A DNA stretch of 63,857 nt, counting the filler, from Candidatus Rokuibacteriota bacterium (GTDB taxonomy: Bacteria; JAUVQV01; DATDCY01), in assembly GCA_031406795.1 (NCBI GenBank). It is 5 parts of 5 records of this genome, joined end to end, with 100 filler letters (N's around TTAATTAATTAA, not from the genome) between each part and the next. Parts side by side here need not be neighbours in the genome. Positions count along the whole stretch, not along the records: positions 49,265 to 59,946 come from JANOHV010000125.1; positions 60,047 to 62,154 come from JANOHV010000248.1; 3 more parts are not named here. One strand, written 5' to 3'. Shown one piece after another: positions 49,265 to 60,159 of this stretch. The notes under the pieces were generated by a model. It was given only the letters and a program-made list of their open reading frames with translations, made no database searches and was not told the origin of the DNA. Position 1 is the stretch's first letter. Every line of letters begins with the position of its first letter. Position numbers and translations under genes: made by a program.

Positions 49265-51175
49265 CTGCGGATCGAGCGCCAGGACTTCGCGCAGCTGGGC
49301 GAGAGCGGCAGCCTGATCCCCGCGGGAGAGCAGCCAGGCGCCGAAGTGCTCGCGGTTCGGCGCCGAGGCGGGATCGGCGGCCACCGCCGCGGCGAAAGTC
49401 CGGCGGGCCGGTTCGGCGTCCCCCCGCGCCGCGAGGAGCGTGCCGAGCTGCATCAGGGCGGAGGCGTCGAGCGGCATCCGGCGCAACGCACTCTTGGTGA
49501 AACGCAGCGCCTCGTCGGGCTTCCCGTCACGCAGCGCGATGCGGGAGAGGGCGGCCGGATAGGCCGCGTCGAGGGGCTGGCACCGGGATGCCAGTACGAC
49601 AAGCCGGGTGACCGTCGCCGGTGTCGGCAGCAGCGGATCGGATCGCCTTTCCCGCTCGCGGGCGATTTCCGCGGCTGCACGCGCGGTAAGGTCGGCAGCG
49701 CTGGCGAGCACGACGATGACCGCGAACGCGGCGGCGATTTGCGCGACGCCGGGCGGAAGTCGCCGGCGTTCGAGGTGGGTCTCGGCGGCGGCCTCCGGCC
49801 CGGGGGCGTGCGAGGCCGCAACCGAGAGGCCGAGCAGGAAGAAGAAGTACAGCGCATTGGCGCCGATGGCCAGGCTGAAGTCGCTTCCCCCGTGGACAAG
49901 GAAAGCGACGCACCCCGCGATGGACCCTGCCGCAAGCGTGGCCGGGAAGGAGCCGTGACGGCGGCTGCAGGATCGCGCCGAACGGAGCAGGACCGCGGCG
50001 ATGAACCAGAGCGCGAGGCCTAGCCCGAATGCGCCTCCCCCGGCGAGCAGCTCGAGGTAGTCGTTGTGCGCGTGGGCGAATCCCAGCGGACCGGGGACGC
50101 TCCGGTAGGCCGGGTAGAGCCTCTCGAACGAGCCGACGCCCGACCCGAAAAGCGGGAAGTCCGCCGACATGCGCAGCGTGTCCCGCCAGAGTGCGGCCCG
50201 CATGGTGTCGACGATGTCGGGATTCAGGCGCAGGTCGGCGAAGCGCTCCGCGACTTTCCCCCAACCGAACCAGCCGACGAAGACCGCCAGAGCGCCGCCG
50301 AACAGCGCGGCCGAAACCGCGCGCCCCCGGCCGAGCCGGCGGGCGCCGAGCAGGCCGCCGAAGACGAGCAGGGCGGCGGCGAGCGCAATCGTGGCGCCGC
50401 GCGAGAGACTGATGAGGAGCGACGCCGCCGCGAGCAGCGCCGCGAACCCGGTGAGCAGCCGGACGCTCGATTCGCGCCGGGCCAGCAGTTCGACGCAGCG
50501 GGCGCGCAGGCCTCGCGGCCCCGCGCGCGTTGAGCGGCCGAGGAAGATCCCCAGGAGCACCGGGGTCAGCATCGCCATCAGGTTGGCATAGTGGTTGCGG
50601 TTCACGAAGGGGCCGAAGGGGTACTGCCAGGGCGCCGGCCGGAAGAAGAGCAGGCGCAGCGGCGCCGCCAGATGCTGCACGATGGCGGCGAACGAGAGCG
50701 TGGCGGCGAAGAGCGGCAGCACGATCGCAACTGCGTGCAGGCGCTCGCGCCGCGCGAGCAGTTGCACGGTCAGCAGATAGAGGGCGCCGCAGGCGCAGAA
50801 GCGCACGAACTCCCGCAGCGTCGCGAGCGGGTCGAGCGAGAGCGTCAACCAGGGCAGCGGCCCGACGGCGCCAAGCGCGGCGCTCCAGCGCGCGTGCGCC
50901 GCCGGCGAGAGCACGCGCACGAGAGCGGGCGGCAGCGGCGCCGTCTGCACCAGCAGAAACGCGAGAAACAGCAGCAGCGGCACGGCGCCGGGCGTGGCGT
51001 ACAGCAGCAGGGTTCCCGCGCGGCTGCGGCGGCGCAGGGCCAGGGCGAGCCCGGCGACGGCGGCGCTCGCGGCGATCGCGCGCGACCAGGGCTCGACCGT
51101 GCCGAAGGCGAGCGGGCTGAAGCCCAGGACGAAGAGCAGCAGCAGGAACTCGGGGCGCGCCAGAGCGGCGTTCAT
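49265..51175 (-). CDS. O-antigen ligase family protein with C-terminal TPRs, 3' truncated
   Basis: GPFVNRNHYA, SLSRGA, GSG.GSF, HAHNDYLE. Confidence 0.88.
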
Positions 51176-51188
51176 GGCTCAGCGGCCC

Positions 51189-52400
51189 TCACAACACCCG
51201 GCAGATGAGACCCTTCAGGTATTCGGTCTCCGGGAGGTCGAGCCGGATCGGGTGATCGTAGGGCTGACCAAGCTTTTCGAGCACTTGCACTGCGCGACCG
51301 GCGTCCTTGGCAGCCCAGCGGACGATCTCCTGGAAGAAGGCCGGCTCGATGCCGCCGGAGCAGGAGAACGTCGCGAGGATCCCCTCGGGGGTCAACAGTT
51401 TCATCGCGAAGAGGTTCGCGTCCTTGTAGGCGCGCGCGGCCTTCGGCGCCTGGGACCGGGTCGGCGCGAGCCGCGGCGGGTCGAGGATGATCAGGTCGAA
51501 GGAGCGTCCCTCGTCGCGCAAGCGTCGCAGTTCGGCGAAGGCGTTGCCGCGACGGATTTCGGTGGGGACCGACGCGAGCCCGTTGCCGTTCAGGTGAGCG
51601 ACGGCGGCCTCGAGCGCGTCGCGGGAGGAGTCCAGCAGCATCAGGGCGGCGGCGCCGGCGCGGGCGGCGTGTACGGAGAACGCGCCGGAGTAGCAGAAGG
51701 CATCGAGAACGCGCCGGCCGGGCGCCCAGGCCGCGACGGCGGCGCGGTTCAGCCGCTGGTCGATGTAGAAGCCGGTTTTCTGTCCTTCGCCGAGGCTGAC
51801 GTTGAACTTCAAGCCGTCGTCGAGGATGCCGACGGCCGGCGCCGGGTCGGGCCCGGGAGCCTCGCGGGTCCCGGCGGTGGCGGGCAGACCCTCGAGACTC
51901 CGCTGCTCCGCGTCGCTGCGATCGAGGATGGCCGCCGGCGAGAGCAGTGCGCTCAGCCGCTCGAGCGTGACCGTGCGCATGCGCTCGGCGCCGGGGGTGT
52001 GCACCTGGAGCACGAGGTGGTCGGCATAGCGGTCGACCACCAGGCCGGGAAGCAGATCCGCCTCGGAGAAGACCAGCCGGCACGCGCCGCGGGGATCGAG
52101 CAGGTACGTGCGGCGCCGGGCGAGCGCCGCATCGAGTTGCCGGGCCCACCATTCCTCGCCGACGGCGGCCTCTTCCCGGCGCTCCAGGATGCGGACGCGG
52201 ATGCGCGAGGCCGGGCTGTAGTGGCCCCACCCGACGAAGTCGCCGCGGGAGTCGCGGACTTTGATCAGGTCGCCGGCGGCGGGTTCTCCTTCGACGCGGC
52301 CGACTGCACCCGAAAAGACCCAGGGGTGCCCATCGCACACGGCCTTCTCTCGCCCCGGCAGCAGTCTGACGGCGCCGGGTTGCGCCGGGGCGTCAGACAC
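51189..52400 (-). CDS. rlmI: RlmI-like class I SAM rRNA methyltransferase (PUA domain)
   Basis: GHPWVFSG, SEAD.LPGLVVDRY, GQKTGFYIDQR, ILDPP, TFSCS, ETEYLK; start inferred. Confidence 0.88.
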   Translation of the reverse strand: MSDAPAQPGAVRLLPGREKAVCDGHPWVFSGAVGRVEGEPAAGDLIKVRDSRGDFVGWGHYSPASRIRVRILERREEAAVGEEWWARQLDAALARRRTYLLDPRGACRLVFSEADLLPGLVVDRYADHLVLQVHTPGAERMRTVTLERLSALLSPAAILDRSDAEQRSLEGLPATAGTREAPGPDPAPAVGILDDGLKFNVSLGEGQKTGFYIDQRLNRAAVAAWAPGRRVLDAFCYSGAFSVHAARAGAAALMLLDSSRDALEAAVAHLNGNGLASVPTEIRRGNAFAELRRLRDEGRSFDLIILDPPRLAPTRSQAPKAARAYKDANLFAMKLLTPEGILATFSCSGGIEPAFFQEIVRWAAKDAGRAVQVLEKLGQPYDHPIRLDLPETEYLKGLICRVL

Positions 52401-53889
52401 CGAAGAACGACCGGACGCGGTTGAGGAAATCGTTGTGCCCGGCCGCGAGGGCGGCCGCTTCAGCTTCGGCTTCGTGAATCGCGGCGTCCAGGCGCGCGCG
52501 GCGGCGGCTGACCACCCCGGCCACCGCCTCGAGGACACCCGGGTTTTCCGCGACGATCCGGCGGAAGGCTTCACCGGTGACGGGCACCAGTTCGACGTCG
52601 TCGACCGCGCGCACGGTGGCGCTGCGCGGCGCCCCGGTGAGCAGGGACATCTCCCCGAAGATGCGTCCGGCGCCGAGCGTGTTCACGACCTCCTCTTCGC
52701 CGCCGCTCGCCACGCGCACTTCAACCCGTCCGCGCAGGATGACGAAGAGGGAGTCGGCCTGCTCGCCCTGGCGGATGACCGTCTCCCCGCGGCCGTACGT
52801 TACGCACTGCAACTGCGAGGCCAGGCCGCCGCGCTCCTCGGGCGTCAGCGGGCCGAGGATGTCGACATCGCCCAGCGCGACGGCCACCCGGTTGCCGGCG
52901 TCATCGGCGCGAGCCTCGACGCGGTTGACGCGCACCGGCTGGGCATGTTCGATCCCGGCGCGGCGCAGCCGGTACCAGATCTGCGCGCCGACGTCGCTGC
53001 GAATGAAGTTGGTGCGACGGAAGTCCGCGATATAATAGCGCGCACGGTAGACCACGGCAGACTCCGCGTACTCCCAGAACAGCGCATGGCAGGGCGGGTC
53101 GTCGAGGACGCCGGGTGTGCCGCGAATCGCCTCGGCCAGCACGGTTGTCACCAGGTTCGGCGGGTAGCGGTAGTGCACGCGCACTTCGACAACGCAGAGG
53201 TGGGCGCGCGTGGGGCGCGAAAAGTTCGTCAGTGTCGAGCGGGTGACCTGCGAGTTCGGGAATGTGACCTCGTCCCGGTCGAGGTTGAGGATGCGGATGG
53301 CGCGCCAGCTCACCTGGAGGACCGTGCCGTGGAACTCGCCGATCTGAACGTTGTCGCCGATGGCGTGTGGCGCCTCCATCTGCAGCGCCATCCCGGCGAA
53401 GAAGCTCCCGAGCGTGTCCTGGAGCGCCAGGCCGAGCACGACCGAAATCATCGCGCTGGTGGCCAGCAGCGAGGAGAGGTTCAGCCCGAGCATCCCGCGG
53501 AGCGAGAGCAGGAACAGCGCGAAGGCGAGGGCGACGGTCACGAAATCGCGCAGGATGCGCGGGACCGGGGGACGCTTGAGCCACCCGGTCAGCAGCAGGT
53601 CGACGAGCAGCCACTGGGCGAACTCGACGAGCGCGACCCCGGCCAGCAGCAGCGCCGCGACGAGCAGCCCGCCCCGGGCCGCCGCGCGCGAATCCGGGGG
53701 CAGCAGCGCCGCCGCGAGCAGGAGCAGCGCGAGCAGCAGCAAGAAGAACAGGGCACGACGCACGGCGAGCGGCCAGTCTCTCCTGCTGGCGACCGTGATG
53801 GCGACCGTGAACAGCAGTGCGACGAGCGCCGCCGGCGCCGGCCCGCCGCCGAGTGAGCCGTCGGGGAAGAGCGTCGTGAGAAAGCCCAT
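52393..53889 (-). CDS. MscS mechanosensitive channel with cNMP-binding domain
   Basis: GLALQDTLG, FPNS, and FGEMSLLTGAPRSATV; start 53889 or 53901. Confidence 0.92.
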   Translation of the reverse strand: MGFLTTLFPDGSLGGGPAPAALVALLFTVAITVASRRDWPLAVRRALFFLLLLALLLLAAALLPPDSRAAARGGLLVAALLLAGVALVEFAQWLLVDLLLTGWLKRPPVPRILRDFVTVALAFALFLLSLRGMLGLNLSSLLATSAMISVVLGLALQDTLGSFFAGMALQMEAPHAIGDNVQIGEFHGTVLQVSWRAIRILNLDRDEVTFPNSQVTRSTLTNFSRPTRAHLCVVEVRVHYRYPPNLVTTVLAEAIRGTPGVLDDPPCHALFWEYAESAVVYRARYYIADFRRTNFIRSDVGAQIWYRLRRAGIEHAQPVRVNRVEARADDAGNRVAVALGDVDILGPLTPEERGGLASQLQCVTYGRGETVIRQGEQADSLFVILRGRVEVRVASGGEEEVVNTLGAGRIFGEMSLLTGAPRSATVRAVDDVELVPVTGEAFRRIVAENPGVLEAVAGVVSRRRARLDAAIHEAEAEAAALAAGHNDFLNRVRSFFGV

Positions 53890-54183
53890 GCCCGATCTCA
53901 TTCCCCCGTCCTGGTCTTCGAGAAACACGGTTCCCTCGGCTACGGTAGAGTATGGCATCGGGTCGGTCAAGACTCTGATTGGCCTGTACAAGAGTCCGTT
54001 CGTTGAACGATCCCGCATGAATTGTTCGCCGCGCCCTGCTGCTGATATTCGATACTTTCCAGAGGGAATGTTCCAACTACGTGGACCGCTACGCTTCAGA
54101 CTTGCGCCGGATCTGGGCCGTAGAGCGTCCCTTCGGGCTGCACCTGGCCGACGGTCGTGTTTCCGGTCGCGCCGACATCATCC

Positions 54184-54390
54184 TTGAGGTGGAGACCGGA
54201 GGGGCTGAACGTTGAGGGTGCCTACCTCCACGAGCTGCGCGACGGCACTCGTCACCCCGTGCCGACCGCTCCCGACGCCGTGTCCTCCGCCGTCAAGCGG
54301 ATCGGTGAGTCTGTCGGCCGAATCCAGGCCGCCGGGTTCGACCCCACTCGGGAAGCAGCTAAATGCAAGGAATGCGACTACCATCCCGTC
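54184..54390 (+). pseudogene. C-terminal fragment of a PD-(D/E)XK nuclease / UvrD-AddA-like protein
   Basis: AYLHEL...IQAAGFDP..AAKCKECDY terminal Cys motif, with no N-terminus. Confidence 0.5.
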
Positions 54391-54736
54391 CCAAATCCGC
54401 GCGTAACGCGCGGATCAGGAGAGTCAGGCTTGTCACCTGGTCCGGTTTATCCCGGTCGTTGCCCATATCTGATCGCAATGCATGCTTCAAGCGAAACTTG
54501 ATCTCTGCCACCCCATGCTTCCTGCAAGAAATCGTGCTTTTTCAGCGGTTGAAATGCCTTCTCTGCTGCTGGATCCGCGCGTACGCGCGGATCTGGGCCT
54601 GTGTGCCGTCACTGCCTATTGCGGGGGTGATGCGGTATAGTCCGAGCATTCAGAGGGGGGGGTAGCTTATGTACAACTACACCGCTGTCCTGGAAAAAGA
54701 GCAGGAAGCGCTCGAGTTGAACAGGGAGGAACCGTC

Positions 54737-54925
54737 ATGAATACCTATACCGCGGTCATTGAACGATGCCCCGATACCCGGCTGTTTGTGGGCTACATCC
54801 CTGGTTTCCCCGGTGCCCATACGCAGGGGCGTACGCTCGACGAACTGCAGGAAAATCTCAAAGAGGTCATCGCGCTGCTTCTTGAGGATGGGGAACCTAA
54901 GATGGAGGCGGAGTTCGTCGGCTGA
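54737..54925 (+). CDS. hicB: HicB family antitoxin (3' clipped)
   Basis: YTAVIERC...VGYIPGFPGAHTQG.TLDELQENLKEVI. Confidence 0.85.
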   Translation: MNTYTAVIERCPDTRLFVGYIPGFPGAHTQGRTLDELQENLKEVIALLLEDGEPKMEAEFVG

Positions 54926-54981
54926 GGAAGATCGCCAGGGACATCGGCCTTTCGGCGGAAGAGATGCTGTCTCACCGGTAA
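54922..54981 (+). pseudogene. HicA toxin C-terminal remnant
   Basis: LRKIARDIGLSAEEMLSHR* fused directly to the hicB end. Confidence 0.6.
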
Positions 54982-55034
54982 AGGGAGACCACTATGGCGC
55001 GCGGAGGCAAATCCACCACCGGAGCGCAGACGGT

Positions 55035-55295
55035 GCCGAGAAAGTGGCGGCCTGGTTTCCCGACGCGGATTTCGACGGCCGCTGCTTCTGCATCTCGCAG
55101 GCCTTCTTCCCTGACCAGCATGCGTGGGCGAAGATCGCCAAAGCGCTCGGCAGCCAGGCCGACGAGGAGGCTTTCGACGCCTTCAAGGGCACGAAGTCCC
55201 TGCCGTTCCCCGCCGGAAAGCACCACCGCATCGCCGTGAAGGTCATCGACCCGCGCGGCAACGAGGTCATGGCAATACGGAAGCTGGAAGAGTGA
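55035..55295 (+). pseudogene. C-terminal fragment of a site-specific DNA methyltransferase (type III Mod-like)
   Basis: AAWF.D.DFDGRCF...QAFFP...SLPFPAG..RIAVKVIDPRGNE. Confidence 0.7.
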
Positions 55296-55308
55296 GAGGA
55301 GAAGACTC

Positions 55309-55539
55309 ATGACGCCACAGGCGAACGACATTCTTCAAGAAGCCCGAAAACTGCCGCCGAAGGAGCGGGCCGAATTGGTAGAACGAATTCTGGAGACCTT
55401 CCCGTTTCCAGAACGTCAGGCCGTCGATGCGCGCTGGGCCGCCGAAGCGGAAGCCCGGATCGATGCCTACGAGCGTGGAGAAATTGCCGCGTCGTCCGCA
55501 GGAGAAGTCTTTTCGAGGATTCAGAAGGTCGGTGGCTGA
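55309..55539 (+). CDS. Addiction module antitoxin
   Basis: LPPKERAELVERIL...WAAEAEARI...GE. Confidence 0.85.
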   Translation: MTPQANDILQEARKLPPKERAELVERILETFPFPERQAVDARWAAEAEARIDAYERGEIAASSAGEVFSRIQKVGG

Positions 55540-55832
55540 TGCACGTCCGGTTCCTTCAGGCCGCGGAATCCGAGCTTCGAGACGCGGTTGCGTATTACAA
55601 CGGCGAGCGCGAAGGCCTCGGCTTCGAGTTCGCGGCTGAAGTTGTCCGTACGGTTGAGAGGATCGTTGCCTTTCCCGACGCTTGGCCCGCCCTCGCTGCC
55701 AGAGCCCGGAGGGCACGCACCGTCCGTTTCCCGTACGGTGTGCTCTACCAGGTCCGATCCGACGGGATCCTCATTCTCGCTGTCATGCACATGCATCGCG
55801 ATCCAATTGCGTGGCGGGAACGGCTGAGGTGA
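55539..55832 (+). CDS. RelE/ParE family toxin
   Basis: AESEL.DAVAYY....GLG.EF, RFPYGVLY, ILAVMH..R.P..W. Confidence 0.9.
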   Translation: MHVRFLQAAESELRDAVAYYNGEREGLGFEFAAEVVRTVERIVAFPDAWPALAARARRARTVRFPYGVLYQVRSDGILILAVMHMHRDPIAWRERLR

Positions 55833-56001
55833 TCAACATGTTCGGCGATAGCCTGAGCGACCGCCTAAGCGTACAAAGAATAAAGTTTTGATCTCCCGAG
55901 ATTTTTCTTACGTTTTAATGATAGCACGCCAAAGAAATCTTGCAATAGTAACTGACAGTAATGATTAATAACGGACATAAATGGGCAAGTACGACTAATT
56001 A

Positions 56002-57139
56002 TGATACACACGCAAAAAGTCCCGAAATTCGCAACTTGTTGATAAACAAGATGAATTGTGCGAATTTCTCTTGACAGCGTTGTCGATCGAAGGCATAATA
56101 TCCTGCAATATCAAAAAGATGCATGAGGCGGAATGTTTTTCGCCACCGATCACAAAACCATAGACTTGTTCGATCCTCTCCCGCGGCTGGGCCCCAAGCG
56201 CAAGGAGTTGATGAAAAAGTCCTGGGCGCAGCTGTTTCGCGAGCAGATTCTCCCCGAGTTGCCAGTCCAGAAGCTTTTGACGAAATATCATGCTTTCAAC
56301 GGCCGTCCGACCAAGGAGTTGCACGCCATGGTCGGGTTGATGATCCTGCAGTCCACCAAAACGGGTCAACTCCACACGTGGTTGTGGAACCGGCCAACGT
56401 GAGCGATGTGCACGCCCTGATTCCCGCCATCGAGTCGACGCAGCAAAAAGGACTGTGTCCGCAGCAGGTTGTTGCCGACACGCTGTACGGCAGCGACAAA
56501 AACTCTCTTGAGGCCAAGGCGCTGGGGGTTGATCTGCTGGCGCCGGCGCTGGGAAAACCCCAAGGGGATGCGCTTGGGCTTGAGCACTTTACCCTTGATC
56601 ACAACGGCACGGTGACCACGTGTCCGCAAGGCTTGGCGCCGGTGAAAACCACGTGCACTGAGGGCGGGAATCATCGGGTTGTATTTGATCGCGAGGCCTG
56701 TGTGGACTGTCCCCTGCTGTTGCGTTGTCCGGTGGGTATCGGCGAGAGAGGGTACGAAATCAACTACGATCAAGAACAACTGCGCCTGGCTGGCAGACGG
56801 GTGCAGGAGAAGACCACAGAGTTTCAGGACACCTATCGCTATCGGGCGGGGGTTGAAGCCTCGATCTCGCGCTATAAGTCGCAAACCGGGGTCAAACGAT
56901 TGCGCGTCCGAGGACTTGCCGCGGTGACTTTCAGCGCTGTGCTCAAGGCGATAGCCCTGAACATTTTGCGAGCCGCGGCCTTCTCGCTCCGCACCGCGGG
57001 GTCGGAAGTCCTTCGCGGCGCGCATTTCCTCGACGCTGCTTGCTCATGCCGTAGCTCTCACCTGGCTTGCCGCTCTCTGGGGCACCCTCCGGGAGTCCTT
57101 CGGGGCACCATCCAGCCGTCAGCGGTAGTCATGCGTTGA
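56002..57139 (+). mobile_element. Internally deleted IS (IS1182/IS5-like DDE transposase pseudogene)
   Basis: N-terminus 56133 (SWAQLFRE..GRPTKEL..MVGLMILQ) joined out of frame near 56350-56375 to VADTLYGS...C..CP...YRYRAGVEA; putative left end TGAT..CGCAAAAAGTC; promoter TTGACA-17-CATAAT at 56071. Confidence 0.75.
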
Positions 57140-57149
57140 ATACTGGGCG

Positions 57150-57353
57150 TTGGGTTTCTGCAGGACCGCCAAGTATGGTGATCGTCGCGCTTCGTTCGCC
57201 ATAGAGGATCTGCGTCTCCTCGAAGGGGATCTGTCTCGCCGGGTGACCGCTCTCGTCCTGGAGTGGGCATTTGAACACCGCGCCGAATTATTGGACAATT
57301 GGCAAAGAGTGGCCGCCGGAAAACCGCACAAGCCGATGGCGCCGTTGGAATAG
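57150..57353 (+). pseudogene. DUF4160 family protein, N-terminally truncated
   Basis: AKYG...I....EG.L..R...LV.EWA..H..EL..NW; the HxPPHxH N-terminus is missing. Confidence 0.75.
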
Positions 57354-57362
57354 GAGGCGGAT

Positions 57363-57623
57363 ATGCATTACGTACGCGCCGCGAAATATATTTCGGGATA
57401 TTCGCTTCAAATCGATTTCGAGGATGGATCCCGTCGCCTCGTGGACCTCGAGCCGTACTTGGATGGGGATATTTTCGAGCCGCTCAAGGATCTTGCATAT
57501 TTCCGGCGCGTAGCGGTGAACCACGATATCGACACAATCGTCTGGCCGAACGACGCTGATTTCTCGCCGGATTTCCTCTACGAAGTCGGGAGGGCCGTCA
57601 AGAGCATCGGTGTGCCGGCATGA
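57363..57623 (+). CDS. DUF2442 family protein
   Basis: Y.L.I.FEDG....VDL...L.G.IFEPL.D..YF..V.....TIVWPN.ADF.P..LY. Confidence 0.88.
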   Translation: MHYVRAAKYISGYSLQIDFEDGSRRLVDLEPYLDGDIFEPLKDLAYFRRVAVNHDIDTIVWPNDADFSPDFLYEVGRAVKSIGVPA

Positions 57624-57839
57624 ATACCTGCACCGCTGTCGTGGTCCCTGGTTTCCCCGGTGCCCATACGCAGGGGCGCACACTCGACGAACTTCAGGAC
57701 AATCTCAAGGAGGTCAGCGCGCTGCTCCTTGAGGACGAGGAACGCAAGATGGAGGCTGAGTTCGTCGGCTGAGGAAGATCGCCAGGGACATCGGCCTTTC
57801 GGCGGAAGAGATGCTGTCTCGCCGGTAAAGGGAGACCAC
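57620..57839 (+). pseudogene. Degenerate second copy of the hicB/hicA-remnant unit
   Basis: Near-identical to 54737-54992, with an extra ~40-bp 5' deletion. Confidence 0.85.
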
Positions 57840-57932
57840 CCGCAGGCCGCAGGCGCGGGCGCCCGCCCCTTGACAGCCGTTCCGCCGGGACGGTACCCTT
57901 ACGCCCGCATTGAGTAGACTTCACCGAGATAA

Positions 57933-59830
57933 TTGGCCACTCATGGCTCAGTCGTGAGTTTCATCCCGCTGCAGCTCGCCGGCGTCGCCGTTCTGATGCT
58001 GCTCGCGCTGGCGGTCCTGGCGCCGGTGCTCCACCGCTGGCAGCGTCTGGTGATCGGCATCTCGTTCTCGGTCTGCGCGGCGGCGTCCCTGCTCGCCGCG
58101 ATTGCCGGCGCCCTCGCCGTGGCGCGGGGCTCGGTGTCCTCGGTGACGCTCCGACTCGGACTCCCCGATCTGCCCTTCACGATGCGTCTCGATCCGCTGG
58201 CCGGGTTCTTCCTCGTCGTCATCGGGTCGCTCGCCCTGTTCGTCTCGATCTACTCGCTCGGCTACCTGCGCAGCCATCTCGGCCGCCGATCCATCACGCG
58301 GCTCGCGGTGTTCTACGCGCTGTTTCTCGCCGGCATGCTCATGGTGGTGCTGGCGAACGACGCCCTGTTCTTTCTCGTGGCCTGGGAGGTCATGGCCGTG
58401 GCCTCCTATTTTCTCGTCGTGTTCGAGGACGAGCGGGTCGAAAACCGCCGCGCGGGATTCCTCTACCTCGTCGTGGCGCACGTCGGCGCCGTTGCGATCC
58501 TGCTGTCTTTCGGCATCATGGCCGGCCTCGGAACCGGGTTCACGGGCTTCTCCGGGTACTCCTTCGACGCGATGCGCCAGTCCTCGCTGCCGCCCGCCTG
58601 GGGCACCGCCGCCTTCCTGCTGGCGTTCTTCGGGTTCGCGGCCAAGGCCGGCGTGATCCCGCTGCACGTCTGGCTCCCGGAGGCGCACCCGGTGGCGCCC
58701 TCGAACGTCTCGGCCCTGATGAGCGGCGTGATGCTCAAGACCGCCGTCTACGGCATCGTGCGCGTCGCCTTCGACCTGCTGCGGGACGCGCCGTGGTGGT
58801 GGGGCGCGATCATCCTGGTGTTCGGGCTGCTCTCCGCGGTCCTCGGCGTGCTGTACGCGCTGCTGCAGAACGACCTCAAGCGCCTGCTGGCGTACAGTTC
58901 GGTCGAAAACGTCGGCATCATCCTGGTCGGCATCGGGCTCTCGTTGATCTTCCACTCCTTCGATCTGGATCTGCTGGCGGCCCTGGCCCTGACGGCGGGG
59001 CTCTACCATGCGCTGAGCCACGCGCTGTTCAAGGGGCTGCTCTTCATGGGCGCCGGGGCGGTGCTGCACGCCACGGGCGAACGGAACATGGAGCGGATGG
59101 GCGGGCTGATCCACCGGATGCCCTGGACGGCGGCGCTCTTCCTGGTCGGCGCGGTCTCGATTTCCGCGCTGCCGCCATTCAATGGCTTCGTCTCCGAGTG
59201 GCTGACCTTTCAGGCGTTCCTGCTTTCGCCCTCGCTGCCGCAGCCGATGATGAAGCTGCTGATCCCGATGGGCGCTGCCCTGCTGGCGCTGACCAGCGCG
59301 CTGGCGGCCGCGTGTTTCGTCAAGGCCTTCGGGGTCACCTTTCTCGGCCACTGGCGGGGCGGGCCGCTGCCGCACGTGCGCGAGGCGGACTGGGCGATGC
59401 GCGCGGGCATGCTGCTCGCCGCGCTCGCCTGTCTCGGACTCGGGGTTTTCCCGCCGCTGGTCATCGACTGGATGGACGCGGTGACGGAGCAGCTGGTCGG
59501 CATGAAGATCGGGTCGCCCGTCGCCGGCCTCGGCTGGCTCTGGCTCACGCCGATGGCCGCGCAGCGCGCTTCGTACTCGGGGGGGATCGTCTTTTTCGCG
59601 TTGCTGGTCAGCATCCCGGCGGTCTACCTGCTGCTGCACATCCGGCCCGGCTCTCTGCACCGCGTGCCGATCTGGGACTGCGGGTTCGAGAAACTCACGC
59701 CGCGCATGCAATACACCGGCACCTCCTTCGCGATGCCGCTGCGGCGGATCTTCGGGTTCCTGTTCGGCATCAAGGAGCGCATCCGGCCGCTCGCCCATCC
59801 CGGGCAGTCGGCCTACCCCAGCCGGATCGG
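57933..59830 (+). CDS. hyfB: Hydrogenase-4 subunit B (HyfB/NuoL-like proton-conducting membrane protein), 3' disrupted
   Basis: WEVM, KAGVIPLHVWLPEAHPVAPSNVSALMSGVMLK, KRLLAYSSVEN, PPFNGFVSEW, WDCG...RMQYT. Confidence 0.88.
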
Positions 59831-59946
59831 CACATCTTCCTCAGCCACACCCACCACGATCACATCGAGGGGCTGCGCTTCTTCGATCCCGTCTATCGGC
59901 CGGGCTGGCATTGCTACCTGTACGGTCCGGCCCATGCTGGGCAGCC
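59831..59946 (+). pseudogene. Internal fragment of an MBL-fold metallo-hydrolase
   Basis: HIFLSHTHHDHIEGLRFF.P.Y (HxHxDH) abutting hyfB in another frame. Confidence 0.7.
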
Positions 59947-60046
59947 NNNNNNNNNNNNNNNNNNNNNNNNNNNNNNNNNNNNNNNNNNNNTTAATTAATT
60001 AANNNNNNNNNNNNNNNNNNNNNNNNNNNNNNNNNNNNNNNNNNNN
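59947..60046. other. Artificial contig linker
   Basis: N-run with TTAATTAATTAA. Confidence 0.99.
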
Positions 60047-60159
60047 ATCACCATGACGGTTATAATACCGTGTTTGGGACTCGATGGTGGTTGAGAACTT
60101 CTGCCGATTCGCTGTAAAGTGGCACGTACTTCAGATGACAGGAATTCAAGAGGAGCAGC

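Noticed and set aside
54184-57839. Integron cassette array
   Set aside because: No integrase and no clear attC (RYYYAAC...GTTRRRY) sites seen between genes
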